The notes under the pieces: model-generated
What the model saw: only the letters and a program-made list of their open reading frames with translations
Told to the model about the DNA's origin: nothing
Database searches by the model: none
Program-made: the position numbers and the translations under genes
Assembly: GCA_043228905.1 (NCBI GenBank)
Contig: JBHGNT010000002.1
Coordinates: 17,360,001 to 17,424,000 of the forward strand
Length of the DNA: 64,000 nucleotides
Direction: 5' to 3'
Source: Azolla caroliniana
Lineage: Eukaryota; Plantae; Polypodiophyta
Part shown: piece after piece, positions 26,161 to 38,605 of the stretch
Layout: the number at the start of each line of letters is the position of its first letter
Numbering within the stretch: the first letter of the stretch is position 1

Positions 26161-29100
26161 TGTTGAGAGACAAGCTCAACATTGGCCGGATCGGCTGAAG
26201 AAGCCGAGGACCGGATCGGTTGGGACCGATCGGTTAGGCCGAATGCGTAAACCGGTACGCAGACCGGTGCGTAGGTAGGGCCGGATCGGTGCGTAAACCG
26301 GGAGGCCGTTAGCAAAGATATTCCGTTAGGAATATATTTGGGAGTTAGTGTCAGTACTTCGGTCAGTCCTTCGAGGACTTGTACAAAAGTGTTCATTGAA
26401 CACACATATGTATAGAGAAGGGTGAATAGAGATTGAGTACCTTTTTTGAATATAGTTCTTGTTTTTTTTCCTGTCTCACTCTCTCTGTCTCTCCCGCGTA
26501 TACTGCGTGAGCTCAAGCTCTCCATTAAACCTGAGTTTTCTTCCTTCTGTTCGGTCTTCATACTTGCTTTCGCACGTTACTTTTTACATGGTATCAGAGC
26601 GCGAGGGTTGAGAACCTCTCTACAGCCGACATAGCTTGACGAAGAAGAACAAGAAGAACAATGGATAGAGGCATGGTGAGCTCGCTTCCAACAGAGAAGC
26701 TCGACAGAACCAACTACGCGTCTTGGTCCTACAAGATGCACCAGTACCTGCTCGGGCACGGCTACTGGAGTTATGTCGAAGGAGCTAATGATGCGGCACT
26801 CGAATCGACACACAGAAACTTCCCATCGTGGGAGCAATCGGCGAGCAGGGTATTATACTGTTTCGCGTCGTGTGTGGGCGAACATCTATTGAGCTATGTT
26901 CGGGATGCAAAGACGCCGAAGGGTGCATGGGAAAATCTGAAGAAGATTTTCGCCGCGAGCACCATAGCCAGGAAGCTTCAGCTCCAATAGGAGTTGAGCA
27001 ACCTACGACAACACGACTTGTCGGTGGCAGACTATACCTCCAAGATCAAGGATATCTGCGACTCCCTCGCCTCCATAGAGGTGAACATCGAGGAGAGCGA
27101 GATGGTCGGGATCTGTCTCGGAGGTTTGGCGTCGAAGTTCAGAGCGTTCCGAACGGCTGTGTGTGCCCGGGAGAATACGCCGTCCTTTTTCGACTTACAG
27201 TCAATGCTCCTGGTAAAGGAGAACCACACGGGTGCATCTACAATCATGCACACCGACAACAGAATGTTGTACACGAAGGGAGATAGGCCCCGTGGACGTG
27301 GAGGACAAGGCGAGTCGGCGCGCAATGAAGGCGGCCGACAAGATCAAGGAAGAAGGCACCGAAGTGATGCCGACAGCAACTACAGACCCTCCGGAATCAG
27401 GGGGAGTCGAAGAAGGGTCTGCCTTCGTGACGAGACACGAAGCAAACTCAATGAAACGGACCACCCCGAGCTCGGACGAGGTGTGGTACGTAGACTCCGG
27501 CGCGTCAAACCACATGACGAGCCATAAGGAGTGGTTCTCGTACCTTGAAAAACCGATACAACCTGGAGTAGTCGCAACTAGAGACGACACTCCGCATCCG
27601 ATCGCGAATGTCGGAGAAGTTTCCCTTAGCCATGTCGGGCAGAGAGGGAAACTCATGAACGTGCTGCACGTTCCGACAATCACGAAGAACTTAGTCTCGG
27701 TCGGACAGATCGTCGACCAAGGGATGGAGGTTCGGTTTACGCACCTCGGGTTCTTCATGGAGGAAGAAGGCCGTATGATTGCGCAAGGGCGCATAGACGG
27801 GAGGATGTTCATCCTCGATTCCACTGACGGCGGCACCGCAATGTTCGCGAAGGGACGAAAATCCGAGTCGGACATCAACTTGTGGCACAAGCGGATAGGC
27901 CACGTCAACTACCAACGGCTTCAAGATCTGCAATCGAAACAGGTAGTGTTCGGATTGCCCAAATTTAGTGGCCGAAAGGCACAAATTTGTGAAACCTGCC
28001 AGCTCGGGAAGCAACACCGACTTCCTTTCCCCAACGAACGAAACCGGAGCTGGAATAAGCTTGACCTTATACACTCCGATGTATGGGGGCCGGCACAAAA
28101 CGTTAGTCTTGGCGGGAGCCGATATTTCGTCTCCTTCATCGATGACCACACGCGGCACACGTGGATCTACCTCATTGAGAGGAAGAGCGAAGTCTTCGAC
28201 TGTTTCCGGGACCTCAAAGGGTTCATGGAAACAGAAATGGAAAGAAAGATCAAGTGCCTGCAGTCAGATGGCGGGAAAGAGTATTTTTCTAGTCAATTCA
28301 ACGGTTATCTACAACAAATGGGAATTCAGCGCAAATTCAGTTGTAGATACACGCCAGAGCTGAACGGCGTGGCCGAGAGGAAGAATCGGTCAGTTGTGGA
28401 AGCGGCACGGGCAATGCTGGAGGAGAAGAGCTTGCCCATGTTCTACTGGGCCGAGGCGGTAAGGACTGCGGTATACATCAAGAACCGGATCGGAGACAAA
28501 CTATCGGCGCACGAGCTATATTTCGGAACGAAGCCGAACTTGCGACACTTGAGGGTGTTCGGTAGCATTGCGTATGTGCATGTACCGAAGGAGAAAAGGA
28601 GGAAGTTGGACGCAAAGGCCGAGAAATGCATCTTGTTCGGTTACACGGACGAGCAGAAGGGGTATAAGTGCTATAACCCTCGCACCAAACAAGCGCGTGT
28701 TAGCCGCGACGTTGTGTTTGACGAGTCCGCGTCCTGGTACCAGCCCCCGACTCCGAACCCCGACTCTAATACGAGTTCTCACGATGAGGTCAGTGAGGCC
28801 AAGATGCCTCCGGATGAGCCCGAAATCGAGACCCGCGAAGAGAGTCCGATTTCACTCCGTTTAAGTGGACCGATTGGATGACTGAGTCAGTACGATAAGT
28901 CCGATGAAGAGTCGGGGAGTAGTGGAGGCTCGGCCGTGCATTCCCCGCGCAGGAAGCCGAGGAGACAGCTTACGCGGAAAGAGAAAGGGAAGAAGAAGGT
29001 GTCGGATTCCGGCACGGATAGGAACGAGTCAGACCGACCCGAGTCCGACTCCGAGGGAACCGGTGACGGGTCTTTAAAGGTGAAGTCCGCATCGACCGAG

Positions 29101-31694
29101 AAGGCCTCGACATCGGCTAATGTGAGATTACGTTGATCTACCCGCCAGAAGAATCTTGTTTTGCGGTTCGGATACAACGAGTACATGGCGCATCATTATC
29201 CGTACATGACCCGTGTAGCAGAAGTGCGTGAGCCGGAGAGCTACGCAGAAGTGGCTAAAGATGCGAATTGGCGTGCCGCGATGGAGGAAGAGATGCACGC
29301 ATTGGCGGAGAACGAGACCTGGGACCTGGTTGACGTACCAACATGGGTAAAACCGATCAGGTGTAGGTGGGTGTACAAGGTCAAGTACAACACCGATGGC
29401 TGGGTCAACCGGTACAAGGCTCGGCTAGTGGCAAAGGGCTACACACAGAAACACAGCATCGAGTACGATGATTGTCCGTGTTTTGCTCGCAGTAGCTGCG
29501 GTGAAGGGGTGGCACTTACATCAGATGGATGTAAAGAATGTGTTCCTGCAAGGTGACCTTGAGGAATAGGTGTACATGGTACAGCCCCCCAGATTTCACT
29601 CTGGAACGAACTCCTCAGCAGTATGCCGACTGAAGAAGTCCCTTTACGGATTGAAGCAAGCCCCACGTGCCTGGAACGCGAAGATCACGCAACAACTGCG
29701 TCGGATGGGCTTCGTCACGTCAAAATCGGACTCTTCCCTGTTCATCCGGAAAGGTCGACTCGGACCGGTTAGTATTTTACTATATGTTGGTGACTTGGTC
29801 ATCACCGGCGCCGACCTAGGTGAAATTGACCGCGTGAAGCTCCAGCTTGCGTATCGTTCGACATGAAGGATCTGGGGAACCTTCATTACTTCCTCGGGAT
29901 CGAAGTGATCCGTACCCCCGAAGTCATATTGATCAGCCAATGTCATTACGTGCTGAGTATGCTCTTCAAATTCGCGATGGCCGACTGTAAGTCCGTCTCA
30001 ACTCCTCTAGACAGAACCGTCAAGCTTCGTCCCGATATGGGAAAGGTATGCGACCCGACGAGGTTCCGACAAATTGTCGGAAGCCTCATATACTTGACCA
30101 TCACCCGACCCGACCTCAGTTATCCGGTCGGAGTGATCAGTCAGTTCATGGCGCGACCGACCGAGGAGCACCTCCAGTGTGCGCAACGCAGACTTCGGTA
30201 TGTCAACGGCATTAAGGACCGGGGACTGCTATATCGGACCGGTGCAGCCGCGCAGTTAGTCGGCTACACCGATGCTGATTGGGTTGGCAACGCCGCCCAT
30301 CGCCGATCCATGTCCGGATACGTGTTCTCCCTCGGGAGTGCCGCGATCGCATGGAGCAGTAAGAAGCAGCCGACAGTTCCACTATCGAGCACCGAAGCTG
30401 AGTACCGAGGAGCGGCTGTCGCGACATGCGAAGCCATATGGTTGAAGCGGCTACTTAGGGACCTGAAAGAGGAGGTGTCAGATCCGACGACGATCTACTA
30501 CGACAACCTCAGCAGCATCCAGCTCGCGAAAAACCCTGTTTTCCATGCACGGACAAAGCACATTGAGGTGCACTACCATTTTGTCCGTGACCGTGTCCTT
30601 TCTGGTGAAGTTGAACTTCAGTACGTTCTGACGGATCGACAGATTGCCGACATCTTCACCAAGTCTCTTGGTCTGGACAAGTTGCGGCAATTCTCCGGTG
30701 CGCTCGGCTTGCGTCACCTCGACGTGCCAAACTTGAGGGGGAGAACAGTCCCGAACGACCAAGCAAGGCAGCAGGAAAGGAGTGGAGACCGCGACACTGA
30801 GTCGGTTGACTCGGTTGTCGTGTTCGACTTCAGATCGGCTGAAGAAGCCGAGGGCGGACCCGCGGAAAAGTCCGGAAGCGGACAAAAGGGGAGCAGCCAA
30901 AGGAGAGAGCCGAAGCCAACCACGCATGGGGAAGATGACGCCATCGAGGGCGAGAAGACCGAAGACAAGTTGGAGACAGCCAACTCGGACGAGAGCGAAA
31001 ACCGATCGGAGGTAGCCGAGTCGGTTCGGATGTTTGATTTAGATACGTTGAATCAAACGAGGCCCAAGAGGAAGAAAAGGCAGCAGGAGAAGCGTCAACA
31101 CCGCAACAATAGAAGAGCTGATAAGGGCCACATGAGCAGACAAGCCGACCGAAAGGGTCGAAGCGCGCGGAGTCGAACAGGTCGTGGAGCGCGAGCGAGG
31201 TGTGAAGCTAGGAGGAACCGGAGCTGTGAGCTCGAAGATCCCGAAGAGCCTCAAGTTGAGCTTGAGGGGGAGTGTTGAGAGACAAGCTCAACATCGGCCG
31301 GATCGGCTGAAGAAGCCGAGGACCGGATCGGTTAGGCCGAATGCGTAAACCGGTACGCAGACCGGTGCGTAAACCGGGAGGCCGTTAGGAAAGATATTCC
31401 GTGAGGAATATATTTGGGAGTTAGTGTAGGAGCTCTTAATGAGCATTGAAGTACTGTCAGTACTTCGGTCAGTCCTTCTAGGACTTGTATAAAAGTGTTC
31501 ATTGAACACACATATGTATAGAGAGTGGTGAATAGAGATTGAGTACCTTTTTTGAATATAGTTCTGGTTTTTTTTCCTCTCTCACTCTCTCTGTCTCTCC
31601 CCTGTATACTGCGTGAGCTCAAGCTCTCCATTAAACTTGAGTTTTCTTCCTTTTGTTCGGTCCTCATACTAGCTTCCACACGTTACTTTTTACA
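26161..31694 (+). mobile_element. Ty1/copia family A copy 3, near full length
   Basis: LTRs 26161-26588 and 31273-31694. TSD CCTTC. PBS TGGTATCAGAGC at 26589-26600, PPT at 31262-31272. Confidence 0.95.
26661..31278 (+). pseudogene. pol: Copia-A gag-pol; Zn-knuckle region deleted at ~27410, several stops, long charged C-terminal tail
   Basis: PR, INT, RT and RH motifs (YTDADW, WSSKKQ, EAEY, RTKHIEVHYHF). Confidence 0.92.
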
Positions 31695-31920
31695 CCTTCT
31701 TCGACAACTGCCATGTACTCGGCTTCCGTGATCGACAGTGCCACAACCTTCTGCAACCTTGATTGCCAAGAGATGGCTCCCCCTCCACAAGTCCTCATGT
31801 ACCCGGACGTGGACCTACTGGTATCTACATCAACCAACATGTCCGAGTCAGTAAAGCCTTCTAACACGGGATTACTTGAACTGAATCCGAGACATATGCT
31901 CGAGGTGCCTTTTAGGTACC

Positions 31921-32875
31921 TGTTGAGAGACAAGATCAACATGGGCCAAATCGGCTGAAGAAGCTGAGAGCCGAATCAATTGAACACTCAATCGACTTGG
32001 GCCAAATCGACTGAAGAAGCTAAGAGCTGAATCGAATAGAGTTCGATTTGGGCGAGCTGAGTCAGATGGATTCCGAGAGGCCGTTAGGGTCCTACATTCC
32101 TATTAGAGTAATAAGAATATTATAGGCAGAGTTAGTGTCAGGATCATTTATGAGCATTCAAGTATTGGTGTTACTTGTGTCAGCCTACTCGTTAGGGCTT
32201 GTATATAAAGTGCTCATTGAGCACATTGTATGTACAAAGTGTTCATTATTTGAATCCAAGTGTTGTTGCCTACTCTCTCAACCTCTCTCTCTCATCATTC
32301 TTTGTGTTTTACCTAACTTTCAAGTTCCGAACAATCGACTGTGTACTTGGTATCTATTGCACACGCTTCTACACACGAATACTTTTACATGGTATCAGAG
32401 TGCGACGGTTGAAAATCCTTTGCAGCTGAAAAAAAAGCAAGCGAACAAGACAGAGACAAGGTTTCTCGGTTTTGGGAAGGAAAGACAGGAACATGGACAA
32501 AGGAATGGGAAGCTTGCTTCTGACAGAAAAGCTTGATTGGAGCAACTACACATCTTGGTCATACAAGATGCACTTGTACCTGCTCGGGCGCGATTACTAG
32601 AGTTATGTCGAAGGAGCCAATGATGCAGCACCATAGTTGACACACAAAGATTTCCAGTCCTACGAACACGCGACGAGTAGAGTCTTGTATTGCTTCGCAT
32701 CCTGTGTGCGCGACCAACTACTGAGCTATATCCGGGATGCCAAGATGTCGAAGGATGCTTGGGGAAATCTGAAGAAGATTTTCACCGCGATCACCACAAC
32801 CAGAAAGCTTCAACTCAGACTAGAGTTGAGCAATGTCGGACAGAGAGAGATGTTGGTGGCTGACTGTACCTCCAA
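31921..32875 (+). mobile_element. 5' end of another Copia-A-related element (LTR 31921-32389, PBS 32390-32401, gag fragment)
   Basis: TGTTGAGAGACAAG..TTTTACA TGGTATCAGAG; gag homologous to Copia-A. Confidence 0.85.
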
Positions 32876-35024
32876 GATGTTGGTGGTTGACGAGAAATAC
32901 GGACCTAATGCTGAGGCCAAGATTTGTAGCAAAAAACCACCAACCACGGTCTTGCGAGACTACGGTCGTGAAAGGAATCGATGTAACCACAATGGAGCAG
33001 TTGTTAAAGGAGATGGAGAATCTCAAGATTGCCATGGTGAAGAAATCGAAAGACCGTCCCACAAGTTCCAAGTATATGGACCGTTGGTGCATATGGTGCG
33101 ATAGCACCGAACATGATTAGAAGGATTGCGATGAACACAAGGAAGCTCTATGATGCGATGAACACAAGGAAGCTCTATGACGGGATCTCATCTACTACGA
33201 GGGAAATCAGATCCATTCGAAGGACTCTCGGGAGACACTTCGACCGAACTTCCGAAAAGTGGCATGAAGAAGTTCCTAGAAGAGGAGATAACGACAAAAA
33301 GCAATTATGCGACAACCGCAGGAATAGTGTGAGTGAGACACCTAGAGCGAAGTTGTCTTTCTGACCAGAAGTGCTAGAAATCTCCGAGAAAATTGACTCT
33401 GATGAAATTTGGAGGACCGTGGAAGGCGTTCGAGAAGCTATGGGATGGGATTGCCCTGTAGATAAAAATAGTGTATACACCTTATATCAATTACATGAGG
33501 TGTATGTAGATGAGAAACGATGGCGCATGGATGATGCGGCCAGACCATCGAAGACACCAGAGAGTTGGAATTCCAAAGGGAAAGGAAAAGGAAAAACGAT
33601 CCCGGCATTCAAACTCACCTCAGACATCGAACAACAGACGGACCTAAAGAAGGTGTTTGAAAAAAGAATCCTTGATAGTCTAGTGGAATTTTCTCTTTGG
33701 GAATTTCTTGGAATAGCGAAGAAAGAGTTCCACGATCTCCTTGTGGATCTCGTGAAAAGAGAGAGGCAGGATACAAAGGAATCAAATGCTCCAAGTGAAT
33801 GCAAATACCATCCTAATGAATGACACGGAAGTGGAGGATGAGATTCCGAACTCCCACTATACAAAGTCACACTAGTGACGAGCAACTATAGAGACTCCGG
33901 TCCGAATTGGAAACATCAAAGAGCCCATAGTTGCATTGATTGATCATGGATCGGAGATCAACCTGATGTCCAAGTAGTTCTACTGGAAGGAGAAGTGGCC
34001 TATAAACAACAATCATGGATGGAAGACCCGGGCATCCATAAAATCAACAGAAGATCTATTTGCGGCTTGTCCCGATGTAATGGTGAAGATCGCAGATGTG
34101 GAGATTGACCAAAATTTCTTCATGCAAGATTAGGTCTCACATTCCGTAATACTCAGGCAACCCTTCATTACAGCTTCACGAATGGAAACAAAGCTGCTTG
34201 ACAACGGAGCGGCTTTTGCACAGATGCGGAGCCAAAGCAGACGGAAAATTGTTCAATTCCTAACTGTGCCATCGAATCACGAAAGGAACAAGAGAGAGCT
34301 CTTGTCCTAGACAAAAATGGATTTTTAAAGCGGACTGTCGTGGAGTGGGGAAGTGATAGTCCGAGAAGCCCTAATACCCCACGTAGGAAGAAAACTCTTA
34401 GAGCAAAACAAATGCGAATCTGTCCGGATGGGGCATCAACGTACATGGTCGTAGTCGGAATAATGAAGAAAGAATTGCAAAAGATGCAGTATGAGTTACG
34501 GTCTGCATCAATTATAAAAGAAGAAGAAGAAATCACGACAGTAGTCGAAGAAGTGTTCTATGGAAGCACGCTACAATGGCTTGAAGAGCTTGCGAAAGAA
34601 AATAGCCAGGGAAACTAGATAGTTCTGATGGAATCGGTCGAGATGTAGGAGATCATTGTGGAAATAGGGCCAGATGCCGTGGAACCTAAAGCCGATTCCG
34701 GTGCCATGGGTGCATATTCCAAAAATCATTGACTTGCTCAAGGAGAAGGTGGCGATGGGGATTCTAGAGCCATCAAATGCGTCGTACTCAAATCGATGGT
34801 TCACGGTTCCGAGGAAGAATGGGTCCCTCTGATTCATTAAAGATTTGCAACCGGTGAACAAGGTCATGATCCTAAACTCCAGCGTCAGTCCGATAGTGGA
34901 CAAATTTGCGGAAGCATTTGCCGGACGCAGGATATACTCTATCCGTGACCTATACTCTAGGTATGACCAATTCCAACTAGCCGCGGATAGCCGGGATATC
35001 ACTACAATGCGGACACCGATAGGT
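32876..35024 (+). pseudogene. Ty3/gypsy family D, degenerate gag-protease-RT start
   Basis: ALIDHGSEINLM protease; PWNLKPIP, WFTVPRKNG, DLYSRYDQFQL. Homologous to 61160-64000. Confidence 0.82.
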
Positions 35025-35806
35025 GCTATGAATGCATAAACATCATGGCTTCACTTGGGCTTGAACCCAAGACCATTTAATACATAATCAAGAACCTAAC
35101 AATTAAGATATAGCCTATGATAATATCAAATGATAAAAGCTACTTCTTAATGCACTGATTACTGTAAATACTCTAGAACATCCTAGAACATCCTAGAATA
35201 TTCTAGGTCTAGAACATTATAGAAATCTCTAGGCTATTCTGTAGGAACCTATAAATACAATTCTTCTCAAACCAATTCGACCTCCAACCAGGAAAAGAGC
35301 AATCGTGGGGTCCGATCTACAATCTATCACCAACTGAGCTTGAGGTTCTTTGAGAATACATCAAGTAGAATCTTGTACATGGGTTTATTCGACATTCAAA
35401 GTCTCCAACCGGTGCTCCTATATTTTTTGTCAAGAAAAAGGACGGTTATTTGCATTTGGTCGTTGACTATCGGGGATTAAATAACGTCACCATAAGAAAT
35501 AGGTATGCTCTACCTTTAATCTCCAATCTTTTAGAACGCATTGGTGAGGCAAAGCATTTTACAACGATTGATTTAAGGGGTGCATATAATCTTGTTCGCA
35601 TTCAACTGGGAGATGAGTGGAAAAATGCATTTCACACTCGGTATGGTCATTTTGAGTATACAGTGATGCCTTTCGGACTCACAAATGCACCTGTAGTTTT
35701 CCAACATATGGCAAATGACATTTTCCGGGATTTTCTGGATATCTTTCTGATAATCTATTTAGATGATCTGTTGACATACTCTAAAACATAGGAGCAGCAT
35801 GATATA

Positions 35807-36494
35807 TGTTACGGGCATGACCATACTTTATCCACGTGTATAGAATATTACAGTACATTCTCACCACAGGATATTATATGGTCATGCCGCGGACTTGCCT
35901 GAGGTGGGGGAGATGAGGGCTATTGTGTCGGAGGGGGGATCGGGGGAAGATCAATTGGCAGAGAAAGATCACTCGCTCCTGTGGGTTGAGGGCCACATGG
36001 ACTTGGCTGAGGTGAGGGACAAGAGGGCTATCGTGTCGAAGGGGGATCGGGGAAAGATCAATTGGTGGAGAAAGATCAATCGCTCCTATAGACTGAGGGT
36101 CACCTAGACTTGGCTGAGGTGGGGAATAAGAGGGCTATCGTGTAGGAGGGGGATTGGAGAAACTCGTGGGACAAGAAGTTAGTGGGCAACCTAAGGTGAG
36201 GGGTAAGAGGTGGATGCTTGGACGTGGGGGACTGGTACCCCACTTCTGCACCAATATGTGAAGGTGCGAGAGGTATGGGGATCGATACCTCACATCTCCA
36301 CCAATATGTGAAATGCACATAAGAGATCAAAACCAGCCTAGTTAGCTTCCTACTTCTTACTAAATTTATAGTTGATACAAAGCTACCCATTTGGGTTGGC
36401 TTAGCTAAATGGGTGTGCTAAAAGGGTGGGCTTAGGTACATGCATCCTAAAAAGGGTGTGCTAAAAGGGTGGCACAAAGGAACACATGCACACA
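35807..36494. mobile_element. Unrelated insert, probably an LTR fragment, with three ~105-bp repeats
   Basis: Starts TGTTAC and interrupts RT. GACTTGGCTGAGGTG..AGGGCTATCGTGT occurs three times. Confidence 0.5.
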
Positions 36495-37954
36495 CCAATA
36501 TAATTACCGATGGTGGTCCTCAATTTATCTCTCACTTTTGGAAGCACCTATGGGCAGGCCTCAAAATCTCCTGCAAACTCTCTTTGGCTTATCATCCACA
36601 AACCGACGGACAAACAGAGTGCACGAATCAAACACTCGAGCAGTATCTTTAGTGCTTCATCAGTTATCAACAAGATGATTGGAGTAATATTTTACATCTT
36701 GCTGAGTTTGCATACAATAACATAGTACACTCTTCTACCAAGGTTACACCCTTCTTTGCCTACACCGGAAACCATCGTCGATGGTGTCTCTTGGATCTTC
36801 CCAAGGTCGCACGAAACCCTAGTGCTGAGCATCACTTCATCGACTACACCGAATCCAGTTAGTATTAGCTTCACATCTTCAAACAACACAATCACAAAAT
36901 AAGAACCATGTGGATTGACATCGTCTTAAGTCTCCTTTTAAGTTTGGTGACCAAGTATGGTTGCTTCGTCGTCACATCAAGACTACCCGGCCATGTGAGA
37001 AACTCGATTATCAACGCTTAGGTCCTTTTCTCATCACTGCATGGATTAATGATGCAACATTTCCTCTTAATCTTCCAGTACACATGAGGCTTCACCCAGT
37101 CATTCATAGCTAACACCAGGACATTTGAAATAGGTAATATGTCGCATTTTGAGAATTGTCCATCAAAAAAGGACAAAAAATAGGGTGATTCACAAAAAAG
37201 GGTGCCGCATACGTAAAGGATTTAAAAAAATGACCCAAAAATATATTGATAACTAGCATGTACGAAAATTTAGGTGTTCAAAAAAATGCCTAAATAATGG
37301 ACATGCCAAACTTACAAATGAATGTCCAAAATGACTAACACCAATATTTATAGAAATTCATGAATCCAAATCTTGATGTACAATACAATATTTACAGTTA
37401 ATGTATCAAGACAATTGTTTTCCAAGTTTATGCCATCATTTTCATACCCATTAGATGAACTAGTAAGAGTTTATGAGGTCTAATCCTCATCGTCAATGGC
37501 AACTAATGTAGTGTCTTCATACAATTGCAGTCCAACCTCATCGAGGTCATGAGTCATGCTTCTTGTTTGTCTTTGTGTTGTTTCTAAAGCCACATTCAAG
37601 ATCCTCTTTTAGTATCTTCATTGTGGTTTGTCGTAGATAACTTGTTTTAGTCAAAGATAAGTCATACACTAGTATATAAACATTATCCATTGTAAGAGTA
37701 GATGTGCTTGATGCATTCTTTCTTCTTCACTTTTTGGTTATGATATTTAATTAAGTACTTTCTATTTATGATATTTGATTATGTGAGAGAAACCTTCTAC
37801 TAAAATCATTAGAATCTTAAAAATGACGTAAAGATGTTTTTTCGTTTTTCGTAGATTCTCATAGTAAGCTTTTGATGTCAAACAGAAATTAGATTCATTC
37901 CATCTAGATTTTTTTTCTATTTCCCATAAATAAAAAAATAAAAATTGTAAAAAT

Positions 37955-38605
37955 GGATTTTCAATGGAAATCTAATGCACTGCATCGGATTTCAGTTGAA
38001 AATCCACTTTTTCTTATTTGTTTTGAGATTTTCATATTTGTTTTATTTTTTCCATAAAAAAATGTTATTTAAAATGATGTATTTTCAATGGGCTTTTCAA
38101 CGGAAATCCAATGCAGTGCATCGGATTTCTATTGAAAGTTCAAGATTTTTCTTTTATTTTTTTCATTTATCATGGATTTTCAATTGAAATCCGATGCATT
38201 AGATTTCCGTTGAGAATGCAATATTATTATTATTATTTCATTGTTTTATGAAAAAACTAATAAGAAAATTGGATTTTCAATTGAAATCTAATGTAGTGCA
38301 CCAAATTTCAGTTGGAAATCCCTTTGTTTAAATATTTTTATTTATTTGTCAAAAAAAGGAAAAACAATTGAAAAGAAAAAGGATTGTCAACTAAAATCTG
38401 ATGCAGTGCATCGATGTCTAGCTGTATAGATTACAATCCGATGCAGTGCATCGGATTTCAGTTGAAAAGCCATTTACTATTACTTTTTATATGGAAAAAA
38501 ATATAAATAAATAAATAAATAAAAATACATTGAAAAAAAGAAAAAGAAAAAAGGATTTTCATCTTTAACCCAATGCATTGCATTGGATTCCAGTTGAAAA
38601 TCCAA
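37955..38605. repeat. About six ~50-bp palindromes separated by A/T-rich spacers
   Basis: Consensus GGATTTTCAATTGAAATCCGATGCAGTGCATCGGATTTCAGTTGAAAATCC. Confidence 0.88.

Larger units (their letters stand above)
25329..31920 (-). mobile_element. 3' end of a Copia-B-related element (3' LTR 25329-25867; RNase H at 25878-26160 and 31695-31920), split by Copia-A copy 3
   Basis: PPT at 25868-25877. RNase H AISWQSRLQKVVALSITEAEY..|..IHLAKNATYHSRTKHI is contiguous across the insertion. Confidence 0.85.
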
